Positions 36,548-44,902 of a DNA stretch of 64,000 nucleotides are shown here, in pieces. Positions within the stretch are counted from its first letter, which is position 1, and every line of letters begins with the position of its first letter. The position numbers and the translations under genes are program-made. Where the stretch lies: positions 411,032 through 475,031 of the forward strand of contig CAZYUH010000001.1 in assembly GCA_964650645.1 (NCBI GenBank). The letters are read 5' to 3'. Under the pieces are notes generated by a model that ran no database searches, was not told the DNA's origin, and saw only the letters and a list, made by a program, of their open reading frames with translations. Source of the DNA: an uncultured Candidatus Saccharibacteria bacterium (GTDB lineage: Bacteria > Patescibacteriota > Minisyncoccia > Phycocordibacterales > SBAW01).

Positions 36548-37114
36548 ATGGCCGCCAAGATCACCGCTTCAATAGCCCTGCTTGCCGCTATCGCGCTCGG
36601 CGGGTACTTCCTTTGGCGCGGCGGCGGCCAGGACGCGGACGCTGCCGCCGCTTCGGCCCGCTTGGCCGTGCCGGACGCGCTTTCCGTAAGCACGCCCGAA
36701 ACCCGCGCTTTGCCCGGCGGCATGCGGCTGTACGAAAGCAAGGCGTTCAAATTTTCCATAGCGTATCCCGAACAGCTGAAGGTGACGCAGTACGAGGAGC
36801 GCGGCAGCGCCATGACGGTTACGTTCGAGAACCCGGACCGCACGCAGGAGTTCGAGGTGTACGTCACGCCCTACGCCAAGGCGCAGATAGACGACGCGCG
36901 CTTCAAGCTCGACCAGCCGTCGGGCCGGTTCCTCGATCCGCAGGACGTGATGGTGGACGGCGCGCGAGCGACGCTCTTTACCGGGTACAACACGATTATG
37001 GGCGACACGCGCGAGGTCTGGTTCATAAAAGACGGCTTTTTATACGAAGTGATGACCTACAAGCCGCTCGACGCGTGGCTGGGGCAGATGATGCAGGGCT
37101 GGAAGTTCATCTAG
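36548..37114 (+). CDS. small membrane-anchored partner protein, type A
   Basis: TAAATG junction with upstream gene; TM ITASIALLAAIALGGYFLW; paralog of 33858. Confidence 0.7.
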   Translation: MAAKITASIALLAAIALGGYFLWRGGGQDADAAAASARLAVPDALSVSTPETRALPGGMRLYESKAFKFSIAYPEQLKVTQYEERGSAMTVTFENPDRTQEFEVYVTPYAKAQIDDARFKLDQPSGRFLDPQDVMVDGARATLFTGYNTIMGDTREVWFIKDGFLYEVMTYKPLDAWLGQMMQGWKFI

Positions 37115-37128
37115 TATCTAGCCCACCC

Positions 37129-37150
37129 GAGCAAGGTTCAACCTTGCTCA
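37129..37150. repeat. REP palindrome copy 1 (centre base C on + strand)
   Basis: gagcaaggttCaaccttgctca; overlaps the RAYT stop codon (the TGA stop is formed by the palindrome centre on the - strand). Confidence 0.85.
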
Positions 37151-37872
37151 CTGCTTTGCGTTTGCATAGGCGGTACACCCTTGCTTTCCTTAAAATCGAG
37201 CCAGTCGTTTATGCTGTTTTCAAAACTCGAGCGCGCGTCGAAATAAGCAGGCAGGCTCTCCTTGTTTAGGATATTCTTTTCTATCCTGTCCCGGCCTGCG
37301 TAGTCAGGGTAGCTTGACGCATCATACGACTGCAGAAATAAGCGGGCGCGTTCCTTGTCGCGGATTCCGGATTCTTTCCATTTCGGCTCGATAAGCTTTA
37401 TGGGATTAAGATGCAGATAAGATACGAGGTATTTTAAATAGCGGTCCTCGTTAGCGTGCTGTGATTTGAACCTTCCTTGGAATAATGCTCCCGAGCGCGC
37501 ATAACGCTTGTTGAAATACATGGTGTACGCCGTAGTGAGCTTTTGCATGAAGCGGCTCGTTCCGCCGCCCTCCCTTTCTTTTAGCAGGAGATGGAAGTGG
37601 TTTGGCATGAGCACGTATGCGCATATGTCGACAAGAGGGGCGCCTCGTTCGCACGCGATAGCTTTTTCGAGCAAGGTTGAACCTTGCTCGCTCCGGCGCA
37701 AATTTTCCATATGAACCGGCGCGATTCCGTTGCAAATATAGAGCAGGGCAACGAATCGTTCGTAATCGGCCTTGCCTTTAAAGACAGTCCTTTTATCCGT
37801 ACCGCGATTGTAAAGATGGTAATATTCTCCCGGCGCAAAAATCATGTTCCGTGACATGGCAGGATAGTACAC
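37138..37872 (-). CDS. REP-associated tyrosine transposase (RAYT / TnpA_REP, HUH Y1 family)
   Basis: HUH motif YVLMPNHFHLLL; catalytic-Tyr motif YLVSYLHLNPIKL; 244 aa; flanking REP hairpins. Confidence 0.85.
   Translation of the reverse strand: MYYPAMSRNMIFAPGEYYHLYNRGTDKRTVFKGKADYERFVALLYICNGIAPVHMENLRRSEQGSTLLEKAIACERGAPLVDICAYVLMPNHFHLLLKEREGGGTSRFMQKLTTAYTMYFNKRYARSGALFQGRFKSQHANEDRYLKYLVSYLHLNPIKLIEPKWKESGIRDKERARLFLQSYDASSYPDYAGRDRIEKNILNKESLPAYFDARSSFENSINDWLDFKESKGVPPMQTQSSEQG
37669..37689. repeat. REP palindrome copy 2, inside the RAYT CDS (encodes EQGSTLL)
   Basis: gagcaaggttGaaccttgctc. Confidence 0.85.
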
Positions 37873-37885
37873 TTTTTGCCCACAT

Positions 37886-37906
37886 GAGCAAGGTTGAACC
37901 TTGCTC
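37886..37906. repeat. REP palindrome copy 3 (centre base G on + strand), between RAYT and gap
   Basis: gagcaaggttGaaccttgctc. Confidence 0.85.
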
Positions 37907-38002
37907 GCGGGGGGGGGTGGGGCGCGATGCGGTGAGGTGGTCGCTATGCGCTGCGGCGTATGGGCAAACGCATAGCCAAACGCATGGGCAAGCGCAGGGT
38001 AT

Positions 38003-38008
38003 ATACTG
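38003..38008 (+). promoter_or_regulatory. -10-like box (GGTATATACT) 7 nt upstream of gap ATG
   Basis: cagggtatatactgtgtacatATG. Confidence 0.4.
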
Positions 38009-38015
38009 TGTACAT

Positions 38016-39044
38016 ATGGCTATACGAGTCGCGATAAACGGGTTCGGACGCATCGGCCGCTGCTTCTTGCGCGCCGCGTGGAACGACCCGCAGGTAGAAG
38101 TGGTGGCGATTAACGATTTAGGCTCATTGGACACGCTTGCGTACCTTTTAACGTACGACAGCGTCTACCGGCGCTTCCCGGGCCAGGTGTCTGTCCAGAA
38201 CGGCGAACTGGTCGTGGGCGCCAAGCATATAAAGGTGGTAAGCGAAAAAGATCCGGCGAAATTGCCGTGGAAGGACCTTAATATCGACGTTGTGGTGGAG
38301 TCCACCGGCTTCTTCACCGATTTTGCAAAGGCAAAGGCGCACCTGACCGCGGGGGCCAAGCGCGTCGTCATATCGGCGCCCGCAAAGGACGGCGCCGACG
38401 AGGCTGGGGTGCCGGTCACGGGCGTCACCGTGCTCATGGGGCTCAACCAGGACAAGCTTGCGAACGTGCAGCTTTCTTCCAATGCTTCATGCACGACCAA
38501 TGCCGCCTCGCCGCTCATCGCGATACTCGACGCGGCGCTCGGCATAGACAAGGCGCTTCTTAATACCACGCACGGCTATACCGCCAGCCAGTCGCTCGTC
38601 GACGGGCCCTCGAAGAAGGATTTAAAAGAGGGGCGCGCCGCCGCGCAGAACATCGTGCCGACCTCGACGGGCGCGGCCATAGCGGTGACGCAGGCGTACC
38701 CGCAGCTGGCAGGGAAATTCGACGGCATTTCCCTGCGCGTGCCGGTGCCGGCGGGCTCTATCGCCGACGTCACGTTCATCGCCAAGCGCGACACGACCGC
38801 CGAGGAGGTCAACAAGCTCCTTATGGATGCGGCATGCTCGCCGCAGTGGCACGGGATATTCGGCGTCACGAAGGACCCGATAGTATCGAGCGACGTCATC
38901 GGCTCGACCTACGGCTCCATAGCAGACCTCAACATGACGCGCGTGATAGGCAACCTGGTAAAGGTGCTCGCGTGGTACGACAACGAGATGGGGTACACCC
39001 ATACGCTGCTGCGGCATGTGAAGCTGGCGGGCGGGCATATATAA
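38016..39044 (+). CDS. gap: glyceraldehyde-3-phosphate dehydrogenase
   Basis: MAIRVAINGFGRIGRCFLRAAW..; catalytic SNASCTTN; the GTG-extended ORF from 37851 runs through the REP and is rejected. Confidence 0.95.
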   Translation: MAIRVAINGFGRIGRCFLRAAWNDPQVEVVAINDLGSLDTLAYLLTYDSVYRRFPGQVSVQNGELVVGAKHIKVVSEKDPAKLPWKDLNIDVVVESTGFFTDFAKAKAHLTAGAKRVVISAPAKDGADEAGVPVTGVTVLMGLNQDKLANVQLSSNASCTTNAASPLIAILDAALGIDKALLNTTHGYTASQSLVDGPSKKDLKEGRAAAQNIVPTSTGAAIAVTQAYPQLAGKFDGISLRVPVPAGSIADVTFIAKRDTTAEEVNKLLMDAACSPQWHGIFGVTKDPIVSSDVIGSTYGSIADLNMTRVIGNLVKVLAWYDNEMGYTHTLLRHVKLAGGHI

Positions 39045-39296
39045 TAAAAGAGGCGGCATCATACGATGCCGCCTTCCATCACTTGTTCCACGGCGTTTTG
39101 TAGCCGTAGCGCCACACTGTTGTAAGTGCGAGAGCGTAGATAAATGCGCAAAGAATTAAGACAACCGGATGCATGGGATCCTCCTTATGCGTGCGAGGGC
39201 ATATCCGCAACCTAAGTTTAATTATACACCCAAAAGTTAGTTTTGTAAAGCTCTTGAAATGGGGGCTGAAAAGCGTGATACGGTAGTATATATAGT

Positions 39297-39743
39297 ATGA
39301 GGTTGTTTCTCGCGTCAGACCATGCCGGCTTCGAGCTCAAGCAGAAGCTCATCGACCACCTGCACGCCGCGGGCCACGAGGTCGAGGACATGGGCCCGGC
39401 ACGGCTCAACCCGGCGGACGATTACCCTGACTATATAGGGCCGTGCGCCAAGGCGGTCGCGGAGACGGAGGGCGCGATGGGTATTATTGCCGGCATGTCG
39501 GGCCAGGGCGAGGCTATGGCCGCCAACCGGGTGCGCGGGGTGCGCGCCGCGGTGTACTACGGCGGGCCGGCGGACATACTAAAGCTGTCGCGCCGGCACA
39601 ACGACGCGAACGTGCTCTCGCTCGGCGCGCGCTTCGTGTCGTTCGAAGAGGCGGCGAAGGCCGCCGACCTGTGGCTTTCGACGCGGTTCGAGCACGACGA
39701 GCGGCACCAGCGCCGCATACTGAAGATGGACTATGACGGTTGA
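39297..39743 (+). CDS. rpiB: ribose-5-phosphate isomerase B (RpiB/LacAB family)
   Basis: MRLFLASDHAGFELKQKLIDHL..GIIAGMSGQGEAMAANRV. Confidence 0.9.
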   Translation: MRLFLASDHAGFELKQKLIDHLHAAGHEVEDMGPARLNPADDYPDYIGPCAKAVAETEGAMGIIAGMSGQGEAMAANRVRGVRAAVYYGGPADILKLSRRHNDANVLSLGARFVSFEEAAKAADLWLSTRFEHDERHQRRILKMDYDG

Positions 39744-40374
39744 GATACTACCCGCGCTCCTTGTGCGCTCGAAAAGGGATTTGCAAGAGGGGCTTGAGCG
39801 CGTGCGCGGCGCGGCGGCATGGGTGCAGGTGGACCTGGTGGGCCGCAATTATATGGAGAATGAGGAGAGCTTCCCGTACTGGGAGGAATTCAGCTTCGAG
39901 GCGGACCTCATGGTGGAGGAACAGGCGCGCGCCGCGCTGGCAATGATCGAGCTGGGCGCCGCGCGCGTCGTCGTGCACGCGGCCTACCCGCAGGCGCGCG
40001 AGGCGCTCGACGCCCTCCAGGCGTACCGAACCGGCGACTTCGCTGTGGAAGCGGGCATTGCCCTGCGCTCAAGCGACGCGCCCGACGCGCTCAGGGAATT
40101 CGAGGGCTTGTACGACTACGCGCAGGTCATGGGCATCGCGCACGAAGGAAGGCAGGGACAGCCCGCGGACCCGCGCGCCGAGGAACTCGTGCGGGCCCTG
40201 CGCGAAGCGCACCCGAACCTGCCGCTACAGGTGGATGGCGCCGTGAGCGCCGAGCGCATCCCCGCGCTCGTTGCCGCAGGCGCCACGCGCCTGGTGGCGG
40301 GCTCGGCCGTCTTCGGGGTGGATAATCCGGCCGCGGCGCTCAGGGAGCTTGGTACACTAGCTAATACGGTATAA
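39733..40374 (+). CDS. rpe: ribulose-phosphate 3-epimerase (divergent)
   Basis: ILPALLV..VQVDLV..ADLMVEE..LQVDGAVSAERIPALVAAGATRLVAGSAVF matches the Rpe TIM-barrel pattern; overlaps rpiB stop by 11 nt. Confidence 0.65.
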   Translation: MTVEILPALLVRSKRDLQEGLERVRGAAAWVQVDLVGRNYMENEESFPYWEEFSFEADLMVEEQARAALAMIELGAARVVVHAAYPQAREALDALQAYRTGDFAVEAGIALRSSDAPDALREFEGLYDYAQVMGIAHEGRQGQPADPRAEELVRALREAHPNLPLQVDGAVSAERIPALVAAGATRLVAGSAVFGVDNPAAALRELGTLANTV

Positions 40375-40375
40375 T
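40370..40375 (+). promoter_or_regulatory. TATAAT -10 box 5 nt upstream of pilin ATG
   Basis: ggTATAATtttttATGaaa. Confidence 0.45.
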
Positions 40376-40380
40376 TTTTT

Positions 40381-40959
40381 ATGAAAGCCCCCAAAGGATT
40401 CACCCTCATTGAACTGCTCGTTGTCATCGCCATTATCGGCATCCTGGCCTCCATCGTGCTCGTGTCGCTTAGCAGCGCGCGCGCCAAGTCCCGCGACGGC
40501 CAGCGCATTTCAGAGCTCAAGGAGATGCAGAAGGCGCTCGAGCTGTATTACAGCGACCATGGCCGCTACCCGATAAGCACTTGCGCGGCGCCCAACAACT
40601 ACTGGACCAGCTTCGACAGTCCCACGTTCTCCCCGCGCCTCTTGTGCGCGCAGGCTTGGACCGCGGGCACAGAGACGCTCGCGCAGGAGATGGCGCAGTA
40701 TATAAGCCCCATCATGGACCCTAAGAACGTGGCGAGCGATGCGGGCTTCCTCTACGTGTCCGCCTCAAACGGGCAGAGCTACTGCTTCATGTCGCACAGG
40801 AACCCGGAGAACCTCACGAACTTCCCCTCGAACTTCATAAACCCGTACCGCTGCGGCTCGGGCAATACGACGGCGCAGTGCTCTTCGAACGGCACGGGAG
40901 GAAGCTCCGCTAACGCGATATACATAGGCACGGGCTCGTTCGCCTCCGCGGGGTGCTAA
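40381..40959 (+). CDS. type IV pilin-like protein (prepilin-type N-terminal cleavage/methylation domain)
   Basis: [39 protein letters not shown]. Confidence 0.85.
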   Translation: MKAPKGFTLIELLVVIAIIGILASIVLVSLSSARAKSRDGQRISELKEMQKALELYYSDHGRYPISTCAAPNNYWTSFDSPTFSPRLLCAQAWTAGTETLAQEMAQYISPIMDPKNVASDAGFLYVSASNGQSYCFMSHRNPENLTNFPSNFINPYRCGSGNTTAQCSSNGTGGSSANAIYIGTGSFASAGC

Positions 40960-41019
40960 CCGCGCATTATCCGCATGCGCGATGCGCGATGCGCGCAAAC
41001 GCGGGGTATACTGGAATGA

Positions 41020-41904
41020 ATGGCGCTCACCGATAGGCAGGTAAAGGAGCTGGAGCTCAAGGCATCGGCTATCCGCGAAACCATCATAGAGATGCTCGAG
41101 GCCGCCGGTTCCGGCCACACCGCGGGGCCGCTCGGCATGGCCGACATCTTCGCCGCGCTCTACTTCAACGTATTAGAGCACAATCCGGAGCATCCGGAGT
41201 GGGAGGACCGCGACAGGCTCATACTCTCAAACGGCCATATCGTTCCTGTGCGCTACGCGGCGATGGCGCACGCGGGCTACTTCCCGGTGCCTGAGGCGCT
41301 GACCCTGCGCAAGTTCGGCTCGCGCCTGCAGGGGCACCCGGAGCGCGAGCGCCTGCCGGGGCTCGAAACGACCTCCGGTCCCCTGGGTTCGGGGCTCGGG
41401 CAGGCGGCGGGCATGGCCTACGGCGCGCGCATGGACGGCAGGAAGTTCCGCGTGTACTGCGCCATGTCCGACGGCGAGCACGACTCGGGCAACATCTGGG
41501 AGTCGGCCATGTTCGCGGGCGCCAACCGGCTCTCCAACCTCACGGGCATCATCGACCGCAACAACATCCAGATAAACGGCATGACCGAGGACGTGATGCC
41601 GCTGGAGGACTTCCGCGCCAAGTACGAGGCCTTCGGCTGGCACGCGATAGAGATAGACGGCCATAACATGCGCGAGTTCATCGACGCCGTGGGCCAGGCC
41701 AAGGCGGTGTACGAGAAGCCGACCGTCATTATCGCCCACACGATACCGGGCAAGGGCATAAAGGAGATAGAGTTCGATTACCGCTGGCACGGCGTGCCGC
41801 CGGGCAAGGGGCCGACCGACGTCGTGCCGGCCGAAAAGCAGGCCCAGGCGTTCCTTGCCGAATTGCGCACGCTCAAGGGCAAGATACAGAGCGAGCACGA
41901 ATAA
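41020..41904 (+). CDS. transketolase, N-terminal subunit (split enzyme)
   Basis: GSGHTAGPLGMADIFAALYF ThDP-binding; 294 aa. Confidence 0.9.
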   Translation: MALTDRQVKELELKASAIRETIIEMLEAAGSGHTAGPLGMADIFAALYFNVLEHNPEHPEWEDRDRLILSNGHIVPVRYAAMAHAGYFPVPEALTLRKFGSRLQGHPERERLPGLETTSGPLGSGLGQAAGMAYGARMDGRKFRVYCAMSDGEHDSGNIWESAMFAGANRLSNLTGIIDRNNIQINGMTEDVMPLEDFRAKYEAFGWHAIEIDGHNMREFIDAVGQAKAVYEKPTVIIAHTIPGKGIKEIEFDYRWHGVPPGKGPTDVVPAEKQAQAFLAELRTLKGKIQSEHE

Positions 41905-41910
41905 TACGCC

Positions 41911-42903
41911 ATGCTTAATCCCGACCTGCATCTCAAAGACGACATCTTCAGCAAGCCCGCCATGGCCGCGACGCGCGACGGCTTCGGCAAGGCGCTCCTG
42001 GAGTTGGGCGAGAAGGACCCGCGCGTGGTGGTGCTGTGCGCCGACCTCGCCGAGAGCACCCGCACGCTCGCGTTCAAGGAGAAGTACCCGGAGCGCTACA
42101 TAGAGCTGGGCGTCGCCGAGCAGAACCTGGCCACCGTCGCCTCGGGCCTCGCCGCCTACGGCAAGGTGCCGTTCATCACCTCGTACGCGGCGTTCTCCCC
42201 GGGCCGCAACAACGAGCAGATACGCTCGACGATCTCGCTCAACAACGTGCCGGTAAAGATCGCGGGCGCGCACGCCGGCATCTCGGTCGGCCCCGACGGG
42301 GCGACGCACCAGGCGCTCGAGGACATGGCGCTCATGCGCGTCCAGCCGCGCATGACGGTGCTCTCGCCGTGCGACAGCGAGGAGGCGCGCAAGGCCACGC
42401 TCGCCGCCGCGGCCCATAACGGGCCGGTATACATCCGCCTGGCCCGCGAGAAGTCGCCTATAGTGACGTCGGAAGGAACGCCGTTTGAAATAGGGAAGGC
42501 GCTCGCGGTCTGGGAGAGCGAGCACAAGCCCGAGGTGGCGGTGTTCGCCACCGGGCCGCTTTTGCTGGAGGCTTTGCGCGCCGCGAAAGAGCTCGAGCAT
42601 ACGCTTCCCGTGGCGGTTATAAACGTCGCGTCGGTCAAGCCGCTCGACCGCGAGGCTGTGCTGCGCTACGCCAGGGAAGCCGGTACGGTCGTAACGGTCG
42701 AGGAGCACCAGGTGGCCGGGGGCCTCGGGGGCGCCGTAGCGGAACTTTTAGCCGAGAACGCCCCGGCGCCGGTCGAGATGGTCGGCGTGCGCGACAGCTT
42801 CGGGCAGTCCGGCGAGATAGGGGAGCTGTACGATTTTTACAGGCTCAGCGCGCCGCACATACAGGCGGCGATACTCAAGGCGCATGCGCGGAAGGGTCAA
42901 TAG
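41911..42903 (+). CDS. transketolase, C-terminal subunit
   Basis: ELGVAEQNLATVASGLAAYGKVPF..GPDGATHQALEDMALMR. Confidence 0.9.
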   Translation: MLNPDLHLKDDIFSKPAMAATRDGFGKALLELGEKDPRVVVLCADLAESTRTLAFKEKYPERYIELGVAEQNLATVASGLAAYGKVPFITSYAAFSPGRNNEQIRSTISLNNVPVKIAGAHAGISVGPDGATHQALEDMALMRVQPRMTVLSPCDSEEARKATLAAAAHNGPVYIRLAREKSPIVTSEGTPFEIGKALAVWESEHKPEVAVFATGPLLLEALRAAKELEHTLPVAVINVASVKPLDREAVLRYAREAGTVVTVEEHQVAGGLGGAVAELLAENAPAPVEMVGVRDSFGQSGEIGELYDFYRLSAPHIQAAILKAHARKGQ

Positions 42904-43058
42904 CTACATCGGGTTCGCGTTCGTGGGGGCCTTTTCCTGCCTCATAGGAATGGTGGTAGTCCGCGCCATAAACGCGCTCCCGCAGGGCATCCCGCCGGGG
43001 AGCTTTTAAGCCCCTGGCGCAATACTGGCAGGTAAAGAGGCGTCGTCGCCCATAAATA

Positions 43059-43075
43059 TCAAGGTTCAACCTTGA
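43059..43075. repeat. degenerate REP-like palindrome (C form)
   Basis: tcaaggttCaaccttga. Confidence 0.6.
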
Positions 43076-43155
43076 TGACGAGATAGTTGACTTTTTATAT
43101 ATTAGGGTGTATAATAGGATACAGGAAGTAAGAATTGTATAGAGAGGAGACTGGC

Positions 43156-43728
43156 ATGAGAATGCTGCTTTTGTGCGCCGCCCTGTGGGCGCTCATCGCT
43201 CCGGCGCACGCCATGGACAAGCGACTGGTCGGCTGCCTCGCGCACGCGATTTACGGCGAGGCGCGTAGCGAGCCTATCAAAGAACAGCTTGCCGTCGGGT
43301 GGTCTATCAGGTTCCGCGCGGCAGCCGACCTGCCCGGGTATGGGGGCAGCGACCTGTGCGATGTGGTCTATAAAGTGACGCACTCAAGGCGTACTTACAA
43401 GACTACGTGGCAGTACGACGGCGCCCATGTCAGGCTTTCCGAAAGGATTGCCTTGCAACGCTCGCTGCGCGTGGCCAAAATGGTCCTTTCGGGACAGGGT
43501 CGGCCACCGCTGCCGGTCGTGAGCTTTTGCGACCCGCGCAGCCATTGGAAGGATGGCAGGGATGCGTGCTGGGGGCATGACCATAGTGGGGATCTCCGTC
43601 AGGTACACATAGGCACGGGGGGTCACCATAAGCATTACGTCAACAGGCAGTTCATGACCATACGCGAGCTCGCGGCCTGGTCGGCAGCCAAGGCGGCAGC
43701 CCGGTCCAGGTTGGCATCTAGCCGGTAA
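43156..43728 (+). CDS. secreted SleB-family cell-wall hydrolase (Hydrolase_2-like)
   Basis: Signal peptide MRMLLLCAALWALIAPAHA; LAHAIYGEARSEPIKEQLAVGWSIRFRAAA resembles the SleB/CwlJ domain; RBS-like gagaggag upstream; TTG-extended ORF from 43135 rejected. Confidence 0.7.
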   Translation: MRMLLLCAALWALIAPAHAMDKRLVGCLAHAIYGEARSEPIKEQLAVGWSIRFRAAADLPGYGGSDLCDVVYKVTHSRRTYKTTWQYDGAHVRLSERIALQRSLRVAKMVLSGQGRPPLPVVSFCDPRSHWKDGRDACWGHDHSGDLRQVHIGTGGHHKHYVNRQFMTIRELAAWSAAKAAARSRLASSR

Positions 43729-43752
43729 CGGACGGGTGCGAGTACAAAAAAA

Positions 43753-43788
43753 GCGCCCGCGGATTAATATCCGCGGGCGTATTCTTTT
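43753..43788 (+). terminator. rho-independent terminator
   Basis: gcgcccgcgga-ttaata-tccgcgggcg followed by tattctttt. Confidence 0.65.
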
Positions 43789-43812
43789 GGACATATTGAG
43801 CAAGGTTGTATT

Positions 43813-43833
43813 GAGCAAGGTTGAACCTCGCTC
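43813..43833. repeat. REP palindrome copy (G form, one mismatch) preceded by a half copy at 43798-43808
   Basis: gagcaaggttGaacctcgctc; upstream ttgagcaaggttg. Confidence 0.75.
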
Positions 43834-43862
43834 ATTCTTGCGCGGGAGGACTGATTATTCTT

Positions 43863-44852
43863 TTAAAATGCCTCAAGCGCGAACTGCGCGGGCGGGTTCG
43901 CGAGCATCGCTTCCAGCTGGGCGCGCGTCGGCAGGCCTTCCTGCGCGCCTATTTTCTGCAAGACCACCGAGGCGTTTGCGGCGCCCCACAAGAGCGCTTC
44001 TTTAAGCGGCACGCCGAGCGCCAGCGCGGACACGGTGCCCGAGGCGTGCGCGTCGCCCGCGCCGGTTATCTCGTACGGCTCCCGCGGGTCCGGGTAGCGC
44101 GGCACGTGCCAGTACCCGCCTGAAGAGTCGGCGCAGTACGCGCCGCGCGTGTCGTCGGTTATAACGGCGGCCTTCGAGCCGAGCGCCCGCATCCCGTCCA
44201 GCAGTTCGCGCATGTCCGCGCCCTCGGGCTTCTCCAGTATCTTCTCGGCCTCCTGCTTGTTGCAGTAGGTGATGTCGGCGCGCGCGTAAATGTCCTTGAG
44301 CGCCTCGGCGCCGAACCTCATCTGGTAGGTACCGGGCTGGAAGGCGAGCTTGGTCGAAGGCCAGCGCTTCAATTGCTCGCTCCATAGGCGGTGGTACGGC
44401 AGGGAATTCTCGCCGAGCGAGGACAGGTAGAGCCACTTGGGGCCCTCGGGCATGGCGGGCAGGGCGTAGTCGAAGGCCTCGTGCTTGACCAGTATCGTGC
44501 GCTGGCTTTCAAACCACAGCACGTAGTGGTAGTTGGTCTTCTTTCCCTTCTGCTTCTCGACGAACGACGTGTCCACCTTCTCGCGCATGAGCTGGGCCAG
44601 GCACTCCTGGCCGTGGCCGTCGTCGCCCACGTAGGCGCGCAGGCCGGCCTTCAATCCCAGCCGCGCGGCCGCCACCGCGGCATTGGCCGAGTTGCCGACC
44701 GCCGGCACCACCTTCGCGAACTCGAAGGGTATCTTGTCGCCCCAGCGCATGCACAGCTCGCAGGCCTCATTGTCGACGCGGCAGGTCACGTGCGCATCCT
44801 TCAGTCGGATAAAGTCGTCTATAACGATGTCGCCCACGGCAAGGAAATCCAT
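43863..44852 (-). CDS. PfkB-family carbohydrate/sugar kinase (ribokinase-like)
   Basis: MDFLAVGDIVIDDF..; C-terminal EITGAGDAHASGTV (DTxGAGD-type motif); start set at MDFLAVGD rather than the upstream extension. Confidence 0.8.
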   Translation of the reverse strand: MDFLAVGDIVIDDFIRLKDAHVTCRVDNEACELCMRWGDKIPFEFAKVVPAVGNSANAAVAAARLGLKAGLRAYVGDDGHGQECLAQLMREKVDTSFVEKQKGKKTNYHYVLWFESQRTILVKHEAFDYALPAMPEGPKWLYLSSLGENSLPYHRLWSEQLKRWPSTKLAFQPGTYQMRFGAEALKDIYARADITYCNKQEAEKILEKPEGADMRELLDGMRALGSKAAVITDDTRGAYCADSSGGYWHVPRYPDPREPYEITGAGDAHASGTVSALALGVPLKEALLWGAANASVVLQKIGAQEGLPTRAQLEAMLANPPAQFALEAF

Positions 44853-44902
44853 ATGCACGTAGTATATAATGGATATCGGCAATAGCGCCGCATTTCTACA
44901 TT

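Larger units (their letters stand above)
37129..37906 (-). mobile_element. RAYT (REP-associated Y1/HUH tyrosine transposase, IS200/IS605-like) unit bounded by inverted 21-bp REP palindromes
   Basis: Transposase CDS 37138-37872 is flanked by GAGCAAGGTT(C/G)AACCTTGCTC at 37129-37150 and 37886-37906 in opposite centre-base orientation; a third copy sits inside the CDS. Confidence 0.6.

Noticed and set aside
13929-37114. Prophage or phage-tail gene cluster
   Set aside because: Tail-fibre repeats, the S74 chaperone domain and glycine-rich modules are present. But there is no capsid, portal, terminase, tape-measure, baseplate or integrase gene. The giant gene has a membrane-anchor and HTH N-terminus and is embedded in housekeeping genes. 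It is better explained as domesticated fibre domains.
37851-38015. GTG-initiated 55-codon N-terminal extension of GAPDH
   Set aside because: The extension translates the REP palindrome and junk sequence; the conserved GAPDH N-terminus (MAIRVAINGFGRIGR) begins at 38016.
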